Origin: an uncultured Actinomycetes bacterium
GTDB taxonomy: Bacteria > Actinomycetota > Thermoleophilia > Gaiellales > Gaiellaceae
Reading direction: 5' to 3'
DNA length: 64,000 nucleotides
NCBI GenBank assembly: GCA_963746005.1
Contig: CAVUZM010000016.1
Location: 100,064-164,063, forward strand
The notes below the pieces were generated by a model. The model saw only the letters and a program-made list of their open reading frames with translations. It had not been told where the DNA came from and made no database searches. Of this stretch, positions 1-8,939 are shown one piece after another. The translations under genes and the position numbers were made by a program. Position 1 is the first letter of the stretch. Each line of letters opens with the position of its first letter.

Positions 1-1
1 C

Positions 2-88
2 ACGCGCGGCCACCAGGCCGACGGCTGGGAGGAGGCGGCGAGCCAGCTCCCGCAGATCCTCTCGGTCGAGTCCGGCTCGTGGTCGTAG
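2..88 (+). CDS. 3-prime end of an unidentified upstream gene (partial, enters from window edge)
   Basis: Open frame from window start to TAG 86-88 (..GWEEAASQLPQILSVESGSWS*). It overlaps the GTG start of the next gene by 10 nt. Too short to assign a family. Confidence 0.3.
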   Translation, partial: TRGHQADGWEEAASQLPQILSVESGSWS

Positions 89-330
89 TCCTGCTGCCGA
101 GCCAGCTCGAGAACGAGGCCGGCGGGCGGCGCCGGTTCGAGGTCGAGGCGGAGACTCCGCGGGCCGCGCTCCACGAGCTCCCGGTCGCCGACCTGCTGTT
201 CGACGAGCGCGGCGTCCTGCGTCCGCTCGTCCGCGTGTACGTCGACGGCGAGGACGCGCGCGACGGCCTCGACGAGCCGCTCGCCGCGGGCGCGACGATC
301 CGCCTGATCGCCGCGATCGCCGGTGGCTGA
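79..330 (+). CDS. MoaD/ThiS-family ubiquitin-like sulfur-carrier protein (CysO-like), C-terminal Gly-Gly
   Basis: 83-aa ORF ending ..IAAIAGG*, with beta-grasp-like size and pattern. GTG start overlaps the upstream gene; the stop overlaps the clpS start by 8 nt. Confidence 0.7.
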   Translation: MVVVLLPSQLENEAGGRRRFEVEAETPRAALHELPVADLLFDERGVLRPLVRVYVDGEDARDGLDEPLAAGATIRLIAAIAGG

Positions 331-616
331 GACCCTCACCCCGCCGCGCGAGCGCGAGCGGAGCGGGCAGGGCACCGGCCGCGGCAACGCGTGGAAGGTG
401 ATCGTCCTGAACGACAACCACAACACCTTCGAGGGCGTCGCGTTCGCCCTCGCGAGCGTGATCCCCGGAGTCGACTACGACGGCGGGATGCGCCTCGCGA
501 CGAAGATCCACAACACGGGCCGGGCCGTCGTGTGGTCGGGCCACCGCGAGCAGGCCGAGCTCTACTGGCAGCAACTGGAAGCGCGAGGCCTGACGATGGC
601 GCCGCTCGGCTCCTGA
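323..616 (+). CDS. clpS: ATP-dependent Clp protease adaptor ClpS
   Basis: 97 aa. The core WKVIVLNDNHNTFEGVAFAL...AVVWSGHREQAELYWQQL matches the ClpS fold signature. Confidence 0.9.
   Translation: MAETLTPPRERERSGQGTGRGNAWKVIVLNDNHNTFEGVAFALASVIPGVDYDGGMRLATKIHNTGRAVVWSGHREQAELYWQQLEARGLTMAPLGS
596..616 (+). repeat. Direct repeat, left copy (last 21 nt of clpS)
   Basis: ATGGCGCCGCTCGGCTCCTGA. 18/21 identical to 1096-1116. Both copies read MAPLGS-stop. Confidence 0.8.
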
Positions 617-635
617 AGCCGAGACATGGACGCGT

Positions 636-1097
636 TCAATAGGACGACGCAATCGCGCGAAGCGCCGCTCTGAACCGCGCAAGCTGCTTCGCCTTCTGAA
701 GGCTGCTTCCACTCGTGTAGAGATCACACTCGGCGTTGGCGATCACGTACGAATAGATGCCCGTCCCGACTTTCCTCAAGAGGTGGATCCGGTCACTGAA
801 GTGATAGATCGGACGTACGCGCAATACACAACCAACGTACCCCGCCGCCCGCGCATTCGTGTTCTCGTTGTTGATGTCATACGCGATGTCACGTGGGCTG
901 CAAAGTGCGGAGTACTTTGCAGAAACAACCGAAAATCCGTTGTTCCTCAGAAGTAGTTGCGTTCGTGGTGCCGTGACGGGAGACGTCCGAGCATGGCTGC
1001 AACGAGGCAGGCTGATCGTGGGCGCACCGCGTGCCTCGTTGTGAGCGGCCGCTCCGACGGAGACACAAACGCATAGAGCAACCACCATCTTGAACAT
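636..1097 (-). CDS. Hypothetical secreted protein (orphan) in a low-GC cassette
   Basis: 153-aa ORF with an N-terminal hydrophobic signal-like segment (MFKMVVALCVCVSVGAAA) and several Cys. Visibly lower GC than the flanks. No family recognised. Confidence 0.55.
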   Translation of the reverse strand: MFKMVVALCVCVSVGAAAHNEARGAPTISLPRCSHARTSPVTAPRTQLLLRNNGFSVVSAKYSALCSPRDIAYDINNENTNARAAGYVGCVLRVRPIYHFSDRIHLLRKVGTGIYSYVIANAECDLYTSGSSLQKAKQLARFRAALRAIASSY

Positions 1098-1116
1098 GGC
1101 CCCGCTCGGCTCCTAG
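1096..1116 (+). repeat. Direct repeat, right copy (relic clpS terminus)
   Basis: ATGGCCCCGCTCGGCTCCTAG, exactly 500 bp downstream of the left copy. It abuts/overlaps the stop of the convergent gene at 1113. Confidence 0.8.
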
Positions 1117-1490
1117 CGGCACATCGCCGAGTCGAGCAGATCCTTGCGCACGGCCGCGGGAGCGACCTTGCAGGACGGCCAGTCAGTGCCGACGAAGATC
1201 ACGCGCCACCCTGCGGGGGTGTCGCCATCCTCACGCAGCAGCCACCGGTTCCGAATTCGCTGCCGGCCCTTCATCGTGACGTCCGTGACCGCACTCGCGT
1301 ACCGTCGGTCAACGGTCGAGACCCTGACAGAGTCGAAACGAAAAGCGGTCACGCCGGCCTGGGACGAATGCTCCAGGACACTGCCCTCGATCGTCGCGCG
1401 CTCTGCGTTCGACGGCTGGCGCCACGCCAGAGCCGGCGCCGCAACAGCGAGGGCTCCGAGCAGGAGGCAGAGGATGAGAGAGCGACGCAT
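1113..1490 (-). CDS. Hypothetical secreted protein
   Basis: ORF with a signal peptide MRRSLILCLLLGALAVAAPALA from ATG 1490 (the longer ORF reaches a TTG at 1532). No family recognised. Confidence 0.55.
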   Translation of the reverse strand: MRRSLILCLLLGALAVAAPALAWRQPSNAERATIEGSVLEHSSQAGVTAFRFDSVRVSTVDRRYASAVTDVTMKGRQRIRNRWLLREDGDTPAGWRVIFVGTDWPSCKVAPAAVRKDLLDSAMCR

Positions 1491-1584
1491 TCGCAAGCGA
1501 GATCGGCATCTCGACGGCCGCACATTAGGCAACTGCGGCGGAGACCCGACGATCGCGCCGCCCGGCTCGCGGCCGAGCCGCGTC

Positions 1585-4218
1585 TCAGCTGTGGACGGTG
1601 AAGGTGCCGCTGATCCCGAAGACGCCCGGGCTCGCCGCGTCGGAAGCCTTCATCGTGTCGCCGGCCTTCGTCGCGCCGATCGTCGCCTTCGCCGTCCCGA
1701 CGCCGTTTGCCCAGCTCTGGCTGACGACGTGCACGGTCGAAGCCCCGTTGGCGTCCGCGTAGGTCACCGGGCCGCCGTAGCTCGCGATCGTGTTGTTCGC
1801 GGCGTCCTGGGCCGTCGTGGTGACGGTGAGCTGCTGCGTGTTGACGACAATCGAGGTTGGGCTCACGGTGACCTTGAAGTGCGTGACGGCGCCGAGGACG
1901 TTGAACGCGCCGCTCTGGCCGGAGGCGGCCCCGTCGATCACCGTCACGCGATCCGCCTTCGCCGCGGTCGACAGTGAGAGCGAGGCGGTGTCGACTCCGT
2001 TCGTCCACGACTCGGACAAAGGAGTCACCGGGCCGTTGTCGTCGGCGAAGCCGACAGGCCCCGAGTAGCCGGTGACGACGCGGTTCGATCCGTCGAGCGC
2101 CTTCACCGTGATGCCGAGAGGGCTCCCCGCGCTCACCGCCGTGGCCGCCGCGTGGACGGCGAAGTGCGTGACCGGGCCGACCACGTCGACCGGGCCGCTC
2201 GTGCCGGTCGGCCCGGCGGCGTCGGTCGCCGTGATCGTGTCACCGGTCAGCGGCCCTGAGAGCGTCACTGTCGCCGTGCCGACGCCGTGCGACCACGTCG
2301 GAGCCGTCGTCATCACGAGGGAGTGCGAAGAGTCGTCGAGACTGATCGGGCCCGTGTAGCCCGTGAGCACGTGGTTCACCGCGTCCAGCGCCCGGATCTT
2401 GACGGTGAGCGGCTGGCCGGTGTCGACCTTCGTCCTCGAGGGCGTGACGGCGAAGTGGTCGAGCGCCACGACCGCCGCGTCGGCACGGGCCTGGAGGAAC
2501 TCTGACCTCGAGTCCAAGAGCCAACGGCCCCAGGTCACGTCCGCGGCGGCCGAGAAGGTGAACGTGCCGCCGAGCACCGAGTCGGCGATCGTCGTCGACG
2601 TTCCGGTCACCGGGCCGAGGTCGGTCTCGTGCTCGATCGTCGCGCCCACGCCCGGGCGGTAGACGAGCGGCACGGTGAAGGGGTTCGGCACGTCGATCTG
2701 CACGGTGACCTCGTAGGTCTTGCCGATGACGACGTTGCCGATCGCCACGTCCACCTCTGTGGGCGTCTCGTGCGTGTGCACCGTCTCCCCGTTCGACGTG
2801 TCGGGCGAGGTCACGCTGCCCGCGACGTAGGTGGCGCCGGGAACCGAGTCCGCGGGTGAGACGAACACCCACGCCGTGCCGCCCGCGTCGGCGGGGTCGC
2901 GCGGCGTGATGTCGACCGTCGCCGTGACCCGCCCGCCGGTGCCGGCCGCCACGTTCGACGACACCGAGCGCGAGAGATCGATCCCCGTCGTGATCGGGAC
3001 GCCGTCGACCCCGGAGCCGACCGGGTCGGACTCCTCGAGGGTGACGTATTGGCCCTGGGAAAGGTCAGTAGGGGGACCGCTCGTGACCGGGAACGTCAGC
3101 GGCGGCGTGAACGTCTGCGTGCTCCCGTCGAGCGTCACCTGCGCCCCCGGAACGATGCTCTGGTCGTTGTTGAACAGGTCGGCGCCCCACCCCAGGCTTC
3201 CGAGCCAAGTGCGTGTGCCGTCGATCGAGTCCACGGTGGAGCGGCGGTTCACATTCCCGAACCGGGACACTTCGGCGGTCGCCCTCCGCTGCAGGGGCGG
3301 GCGCGGCGCGAGGTCGACGCGGTAGTAGTCGTAGGTCGACTCGAGCCAGTTCACATCGGCCGCCGCAGAGAAGGTGAACGTGCCCCCGAGCTCGCCGTCG
3401 CCGATCTGAGTCGACGAGCGCGTGGACGACTGCGAGCTGTCGAGGATCGAGCCGTAGGCGGTGACGAAGGGCGTGTACTCGCTCGCGTCGCCGCTGCCCG
3501 CCGGAACGTCGACGTCCATCGTCAGCACGTAGGCGTGGCCGAGCACCGGGTTCTCCAGGTACCACTCGACGAAGCTCGAGAGCGCCTCCGTGTAGCCCGC
3601 GAAGCCGAAGGCGCCGCCGCTCAGATCCGGGAAGGCGACGCTGGCCGTGTCGATGTTCCCGACGCCCCCGGCGGGACCGACCCAGAGAGCGATCGACTGG
3701 TTCAACCACTCCGTGTCGGTCGGGATGAGCGTGATGGCGACATGGGCCGTCGAGCTGCCGTCGGCGTTGGACGTGACCGAGACCGAGCGCGAGAGGTCGT
3801 AGCCGGTTGTAATCGAGACTCCGTTGACGCGTGAGCTCCCCTGCGGGTAGCCGGCGAGCTGGTCGACGCCGAGACCGGTCGTGGGGTCGAGGCTCGCCTT
3901 CGAGGCAGTGAGCGGGAACGAGCCGGGCGGTGGACTGAAGCTCCAGGAGGGCGAAACACCGTCGAGCTGCACCCGCGGGCTCGGGATCGCGGTGGTGGAG
4001 CTCGTGTCGAACATGGTTCCCGACCAGCCGCGCCAGCCGATCGCCGAAGTGCTACCTGAGAGTGAGTCGACGGTCGCCGGGAGCTCGACCACGTGCCCGC
4101 GAGTCTCGATCGCGGTGACGGCGACCGGCGGATCGGCGGCCTTCGCCGCAGACGACAGGAGCGCACACGCGGTCACTACAACAACAGCCGCCCGAGATGC
4201 CCTCATCCAGTGTCCCAT
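1585..4218 (-). CDS. Large secreted protein with an internally duplicated N-terminal region and three C-terminal Ig-like repeats
   Basis: Signal peptide MGHWMRASRAAVVVVTACALLSSAAKA. Two ~280-aa paralogous segments each end in GGTFTFSAAADV(N/T)W. Three ~95-aa repeats follow (VTHFAV..VTGY(S/T)GP..). Start at 4218 or 4206. Confidence 0.75.
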   Translation of the reverse strand: MGHWMRASRAAVVVVTACALLSSAAKAADPPVAVTAIETRGHVVELPATVDSLSGSTSAIGWRGWSGTMFDTSSTTAIPSPRVQLDGVSPSWSFSPPPGSFPLTASKASLDPTTGLGVDQLAGYPQGSSRVNGVSITTGYDLSRSVSVTSNADGSSTAHVAITLIPTDTEWLNQSIALWVGPAGGVGNIDTASVAFPDLSGGAFGFAGYTEALSSFVEWYLENPVLGHAYVLTMDVDVPAGSGDASEYTPFVTAYGSILDSSQSSTRSSTQIGDGELGGTFTFSAAADVNWLESTYDYYRVDLAPRPPLQRRATAEVSRFGNVNRRSTVDSIDGTRTWLGSLGWGADLFNNDQSIVPGAQVTLDGSTQTFTPPLTFPVTSGPPTDLSQGQYVTLEESDPVGSGVDGVPITTGIDLSRSVSSNVAAGTGGRVTATVDITPRDPADAGGTAWVFVSPADSVPGATYVAGSVTSPDTSNGETVHTHETPTEVDVAIGNVVIGKTYEVTVQIDVPNPFTVPLVYRPGVGATIEHETDLGPVTGTSTTIADSVLGGTFTFSAAADVTWGRWLLDSRSEFLQARADAAVVALDHFAVTPSRTKVDTGQPLTVKIRALDAVNHVLTGYTGPISLDDSSHSLVMTTAPTWSHGVGTATVTLSGPLTGDTITATDAAGPTGTSGPVDVVGPVTHFAVHAAATAVSAGSPLGITVKALDGSNRVVTGYSGPVGFADDNGPVTPLSESWTNGVDTASLSLSTAAKADRVTVIDGAASGQSGAFNVLGAVTHFKVTVSPTSIVVNTQQLTVTTTAQDAANNTIASYGGPVTYADANGASTVHVVSQSWANGVGTAKATIGATKAGDTMKASDAASPGVFGISGTFTVHS

Positions 4219-4292
4219 GGCCTCTGGACGGGTTCGGCGACCGGCTTCTTCCCTCTGCGGGAATACCTCGACGGCCACCGTAGTTCATTTTG

Positions 4293-4298
4293 TATAGT
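4293..4298 (+). promoter_or_regulatory. Candidate -10 box (TATAGT) for lon, giving a very short leader
   Basis: TATAGT sits in an AT-richer divergent intergenic region, 12 nt upstream of ATG 4311. No convincing -35. Confidence 0.3.
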
Positions 4299-4310
4299 TA
4301 CTACCAACCA

Positions 4311-6628
4311 ATGAACCAGGAGAGCCCGATCGTGACTTCACTGCTGCTCGTTCCGTTGGAAGACATCGTCGTCTTCCCGAACATGACCGTGACCATGCCC
4401 GTCGACGTCGGCGACGAGGAGCGCGTGCTGCTCGTGCCCGTCCACGAGGGCGAGTACGCCAAGGTCGGCACCGTCGCCGAGGTGTCCGACACCGTCCGCC
4501 TGCCCGGCGGCGCCCGCGCGGCGCAGCTGACCGGCCTCCACCGCGGGGTCGCAGGCGCGGCGCACACCGACGCCTCCGGCCGCCTGCGCGTCGAGGTCGA
4601 GGAGCGCCCCGACGAGGAGCTGCCCGGGATCAAGACCCGCGAGCTCGAGCGCGAGTACCGCGCCGTCGTCGAGGAGATCCTCGAGCTGCGCGGCGACGAC
4701 GGCCGCGTCGCGGCCTTCCTCCGCGCGATCGTCGAGCCCGGCACCCTCGCCGACACCGTCGGCTACTCGCCCGACTTCAGCTTCGCCCAGAAGGCGAAGG
4801 TGCTGGAGACGGTCGACGTCGATCGAGCGGCTCGAGCTCGCCGTCGAGCTGCAGCGCGAGCGCCTCGCCGAGATGCAGGTGCGCAAGCGCATCCGCGACG
4901 ACGTCGAGGAGGGCGCGTCCAAGCAGCAGCGCGAGTACATCCTGCGCAAGCAGATGGAGTCGATCCGCAAGGAGCTCGGCGAGGACGACGGCTCGGCCGC
5001 CGAGGACTACCGCGCGAAGATCGAGGAGGCCGGGATGCCGGACGCCGTCCGCGAGCAGGCCGAGCGCGAGCTCGCCCGCCTCGAGCGGATGGGCGACCAG
5101 ACCGGCGAGTCCTCGATGATCCGCACCTACCTCGACTGGCTGATCGCCGTGCCGTGGGCGAAGCGCTCCGAGGAGCGGCTCGACCCCGTCGCACGCGCGC
5201 GAGGTGCTCGACGCCGACCACGCCGGGCTCGAGGACGTGAAGGACCGCGATCGTCGAGTACCTCGCCGTGCGCAAGCTGCGCGAGGAGCGCGGGATCAAG
5301 GAGGACAAGCGCTCCGGCGCGATCCTGACCCTGATCGGGCCTCCCGGCACCGGCAAGACCTCGATCGGCGAGTCGATCGCCCGCGCGCTCAACCGCGAGT
5401 TCGTGCGCATGTCGCTCGGCGGCATCCGCGACGAGGCGGAGATCCGCGGGCACCGGCGCACCTACATCGGCGCGCTGCCGGGCCGGCTCGTCCGCGCCCT
5501 GCGCGACGCCGGGACGATGAACCCGGTGATCCTGCTCGACGAGGTCGACAAGGTCGGCGCCGACTGGCGGGGCGACCCGTCCGCGGCGCTGCTCGAGGTG
5601 CTCGACCCGGCGCAGAACCACTCGTTCCGCGACCACTACCTCGACGTCGAGCTCGACCTCTCCGAGGTCATCTTCCTCGCGACCGCGAACGTCGCCGACA
5701 CGATCCCCGGCCCGCTGCTCGACCGCATGGAGGTGATCCGCTTCGACGGGTACACCGTCGACGAGAAGGTCGCGATCGCGCGCGGCTACCTGTGGCCGCG
5801 CCAGCGCGAGCGCAACGGGCTGCTCGAGGACGAGGTCTCGATCTCGGACGAGCTGCTCGAGCTGATCGTCTCCCAGTACACGCGCGAGGCGGGCGTCCGC
5901 CAGCTCGAGCGCGAGCTCGGGACGCTGCTGCGCAAGACCGCGACCGGGATCGCCTCGGGCAAGACCGAGGCGCCGGTCGACCGCTCGACGAGGCCGCCGT
6001 GCGCGACGCGCTCGAAGCGGCAGCGCTTCTTCCAGGAGGCGGCCGAGCGCACCGCGGTGCCCGGCGTCGCGACCGGCCTGGCCGTGACCGGCACCGGCGG
6101 CGACGTCCTCTTCGTCGAGGCGACGCGGATGCCGAGCAGCCGAGGGGCTCGTCCTCACGGGCCAGCTGGGCGACGTGATGAAGGAGTCGGCGCAGATCGC
6201 GCTCTCCTACGTCCGCCGCCACGCGAACGAGCTCGGGATCGACGAGAGCCTGTTCGAGAACGCGACCTTCCACGTGCACGTGCCGGCGGGCGCGATCCCG
6301 AAGGACGGCCCGAGCGCGGGGATCACGATGACGACCGCGCTGGCCTCGCTCCTCACGGGCCGCCCGGTGAAGCACACCGTCGGGATGACCGGCGAGGTGA
6401 CGCTGCAGGGCCGCGTGCTGCCGATCGGCGGGCTCAAGCAGAAGGCGCTCGCGGCCCACGCCGCCGGGCTGACCGACGTGATCATCCCCGAGCGGAACCG
6501 GGCCGACCTCGACGACGTCCCCGCCGACGTCCGCGAGGAGATGACCTTCCACCCGGTGATGAGCCTCGGCGAGGTGCTCGAGCTGGCGCTCGAGCCGAAG
6601 CCCGCGCCAGAGCCATGCGCTGTCGTAG
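4311..6628 (+). pseudogene. lon: Lon protease (LonA), reading frame broken about 6-7 times
   Basis: Lon N-domain, Walker [10 protein letters not shown], and the S16 protease region [27 protein letters not shown] are all present but spread over three frames. Frame switches lie near 4824, 5191, 5249, 5983, 6017 and 6141, and probably 6600-6626. The 3-prime end is uncertain. Confidence 0.85.
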
Positions 6629-6927
6629 CTGCGCGCCGATGCCCGAGGAGGTCCGCCGCGCGGCGGACCTCCTCGAGCGGCGCTGGCGCTCTCGCTCCTC
6701 TGGGCGCCTCCACTCGGGGCTCGTCCGCTTCGACGAGTTCCGGCAGGCGCTCGAGGGCGTGCCGCCGCGCGACGCTCGCGCTCCGGCTCGTCGAGCTCGA
6801 GGACGCGGGCCTCGTCGAGCGGCGCGTGATCGACGCGCGGCCGCCGCGGGTCGAGTACCGGCTGACGCCGGCCGGCGAGCGGCTCGGCGAGGTCGTCGAG
6901 GCCGTTTCCGCCTTCGCAGCCCACTAG
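6615..6927 (+). pseudogene. HxlR-family transcriptional regulator, frame-disrupted
   Basis: ..[30 protein letters not shown] is in one frame and [38 protein letters not shown].. in the next (switch near 6771). A possible compensating pair lies near 6687/6707. Confidence 0.6.
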
Positions 6928-6942
6928 CTAGCCTTGAGCGGC

Positions 6943-8127
6943 ATGCGCCGCCTGCTCCCGTTCGCCTGCGCCGTCGTCGCGGTCGACACGATCCTCTACG
7001 CGGCGCTGATCCCGCTGCTGCCGCACTACGCGGACACCTACGGCCTCTCGAAGGCCGGCGCGGGCCTGCTCGCCTCGATGTACGCGCTCGGCGCGCTGCT
7101 CGGCGGGCTTCCCGCGGGCTCGGCGGCCTCGCGCTTCGGGCCCCGGGCGGCGGTGCTCGCCGGGCTCGGGCTGATGGCGACCGCGAGCTTCGCGTTCGGC
7201 TGGGCCGGCGCGATCGAGGCGCTGTGGGTCGCGCGGCTCTTGCAGGGCTTCGGCAGCTCGCTCACCTGGACGGGCGCGCTCTCCTGGCTCGGGACGACGA
7301 CTCCGCGCGAGCGGCGCGGCGCGGCGATGGGAACCGCGATGGCGGCCGCGGTCGTCGGTGCGCTGCTCGGGCCGGTGCTGGGCGCCGTCGCGAGCGTGGT
7401 CGGCACCCGGCAGGCGTTCACGGCGGTGGCGCTGTTCGCGGTCGTGCTCGCCGTCTGGGCGCTCCGGATCGCGCCCGCGCCCGCCGACCCGCAGCCGCTT
7501 GCGGCCGCGTTCCGCGCGCTGCGGGACCGCGGGATCCTGACCGGGCTCTGGCTGATCACCCTGCCTGCGCTCCTGTTCGGGATCCTCTCGGTGCTGATGC
7601 CGCTCGCGCTCTCGGACGTCGGCTTCGGCGCGGTCGCGATCGGTGCGGTCTGGCTCGTCACCGCAGCGATCGAAGCAGTGCTGAACCCCGTGCTCGGCCG
7701 CGTGAGCGACCGCCGCGGCCCGCTCGTTCCTGTCCAGGTCGCGCTCGTCGTCTCGATCGTGGTCTCGGTCCTGCTCGCCGTCCTCTCGGGCCCGGTCGCA
7801 CTCGTCGTCCTCACGCTCGTCGCCGGCGTCGCCTACGGCGCCTTCTACACGCCTGGCCTGTCGGTGCTCTCCCACACCGCCGAGCACATCGGCCTCGCGC
7901 AGGGGCTCGTGTTCGGTCTGATGAACCTCGCCTGGGCCGCCGGCAACTCGGTCGGCCCGCTCGCCGGCGGCGCGCTCGCCGACGCGGTCGGTGACGCCCT
8001 GCCCTACGTGCTCGGCGCCGCGGTCTGCGCGGCGACCCTCGTCGCCGCCCGGCGGCTACAGCATGATCGCGCCGCCGTTCTGGTCGATCGCCTGGCCGGT
8101 GACGCCGCGGGCGTCGGGCGAGAGTAG
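6943..8127 (+). CDS. MFS transporter
   Basis: About 12 predicted TM segments with an MFS-like loop motif. ATG 6943 (TTG 6934 also possible). The 3-prime end overlaps the convergent SDR gene by ~70 nt, so the true stop is uncertain. Confidence 0.75.
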   Translation: MRRLLPFACAVVAVDTILYAALIPLLPHYADTYGLSKAGAGLLASMYALGALLGGLPAGSAASRFGPRAAVLAGLGLMATASFAFGWAGAIEALWVARLLQGFGSSLTWTGALSWLGTTTPRERRGAAMGTAMAAAVVGALLGPVLGAVASVVGTRQAFTAVALFAVVLAVWALRIAPAPADPQPLAAAFRALRDRGILTGLWLITLPALLFGILSVLMPLALSDVGFGAVAIGAVWLVTAAIEAVLNPVLGRVSDRRGPLVPVQVALVVSIVVSVLLAVLSGPVALVVLTLVAGVAYGAFYTPGLSVLSHTAEHIGLAQGLVFGLMNLAWAAGNSVGPLAGGALADAVGDALPYVLGAAVCAATLVAARRLQHDRAAVLVDRLAGDAAGVGRE

Positions 8128-8754
8128 CCAGCGCACCGTCCCGGCGACATCCTCCGGCTCGTTCATCCGGCCGAGCGGCACCGCCTTCATCGCCTCGGCG
8201 TAGGCCTCGTCCCGCGTGCCGCCGATCGCCTCGGCGAACCCGTCGATGCCCTCCCAGGCCATGTCCGTGTTGACCCAGCCCGGGCAGATCGCGTTCACCT
8301 GGACGCCGTCGGGCCCGAGCTCCGCGGCGAAGGAGCGGACGAGCCCGAGCAGCCCGGCCTTCGAGGCGCAGTAGCCGGTGTAGCCCGGCACGCCGATGCG
8401 GGCGAGGATCGAGGCGATCACGACGACGTGGCGCGCGCCCCCGCGCTGCGCGGCGCGTGCGCACCAGTACGTGCCCGTGAGGTTCGTGGCGACGAGATCC
8501 TCGAAGCGGTCGCCCGGGCCCGCCTCGTTCGGCCCGCCGATCCCCGCGTTGGCGACGAGCGCGTCGAGCGGCCCGATGCGGTCGAACACCGCCTCGACCT
8601 GCTCGGGGTCGCGGATGTCGCAGGCGTACCCCTCCCCCACGTCGAGCCGCGAGACGTCGCGCGCGAGCGCGCTGACGCGGGCGCCCTCGGCGACGAGGCG
8701 GGTCGCGATCGCCCGCCCGATCCCGGTTCCCGCGCCGGTTACGACCACGTGCAT
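8056..8754 (-). CDS. SDR-family oxidoreductase
   Basis: MHVVVTGAGTGIGRAIA (TGxxxGIG), NAG, and YCASK catalytic motifs. AAGGAG RBS upstream of ATG 8754. Confidence 0.85.
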   Translation of the reverse strand: MHVVVTGAGTGIGRAIATRLVAEGARVSALARDVSRLDVGEGYACDIRDPEQVEAVFDRIGPLDALVANAGIGGPNEAGPGDRFEDLVATNLTGTYWCARAAQRGGARHVVVIASILARIGVPGYTGYCASKAGLLGLVRSFAAELGPDGVQVNAICPGWVNTDMAWEGIDGFAEAIGGTRDEAYAEAMKAVPLGRMNEPEDVAGTVRWLLSPDARGVTGQAIDQNGGAIML

Positions 8755-8939
8755 CTCCTTGACGTCCACGGCTGCGCACCCTACCCTGCCTGTGGGCGCG
8801 ATTCCGCGCAGGGAAGCCGAGCGAGAGGAGGACTGCACCGATGACTGTCGATACGCACCTCTCGCCTCGCGCCACCTAGCCTTCTGACGGGGGCCGGGAC
8901 GGCGCGTCCGTCCTGCATTCACGTCCGAAGGAGACTCGC

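Noticed and set aside
5268-7994. 908-aa plus-strand ORF that looks like a giant protein
   Set aside because: It is a chimera. Only its first ~235 codons are genuine Lon sequence. The rest is an Arg/Ala/Pro-rich off-frame read-through across the lon 3-prime part, hxlR and the MFS gene, as is typical for stop-poor GC-rich DNA.
8056-8127. About 70-nt 3-prime overlap of the MFS and SDR genes as a regulatory antisense arrangement
   Set aside because: It is more likely that the MFS reading frame simply lacks an early stop in GC-rich DNA, or carries another small indel. There is no independent support.
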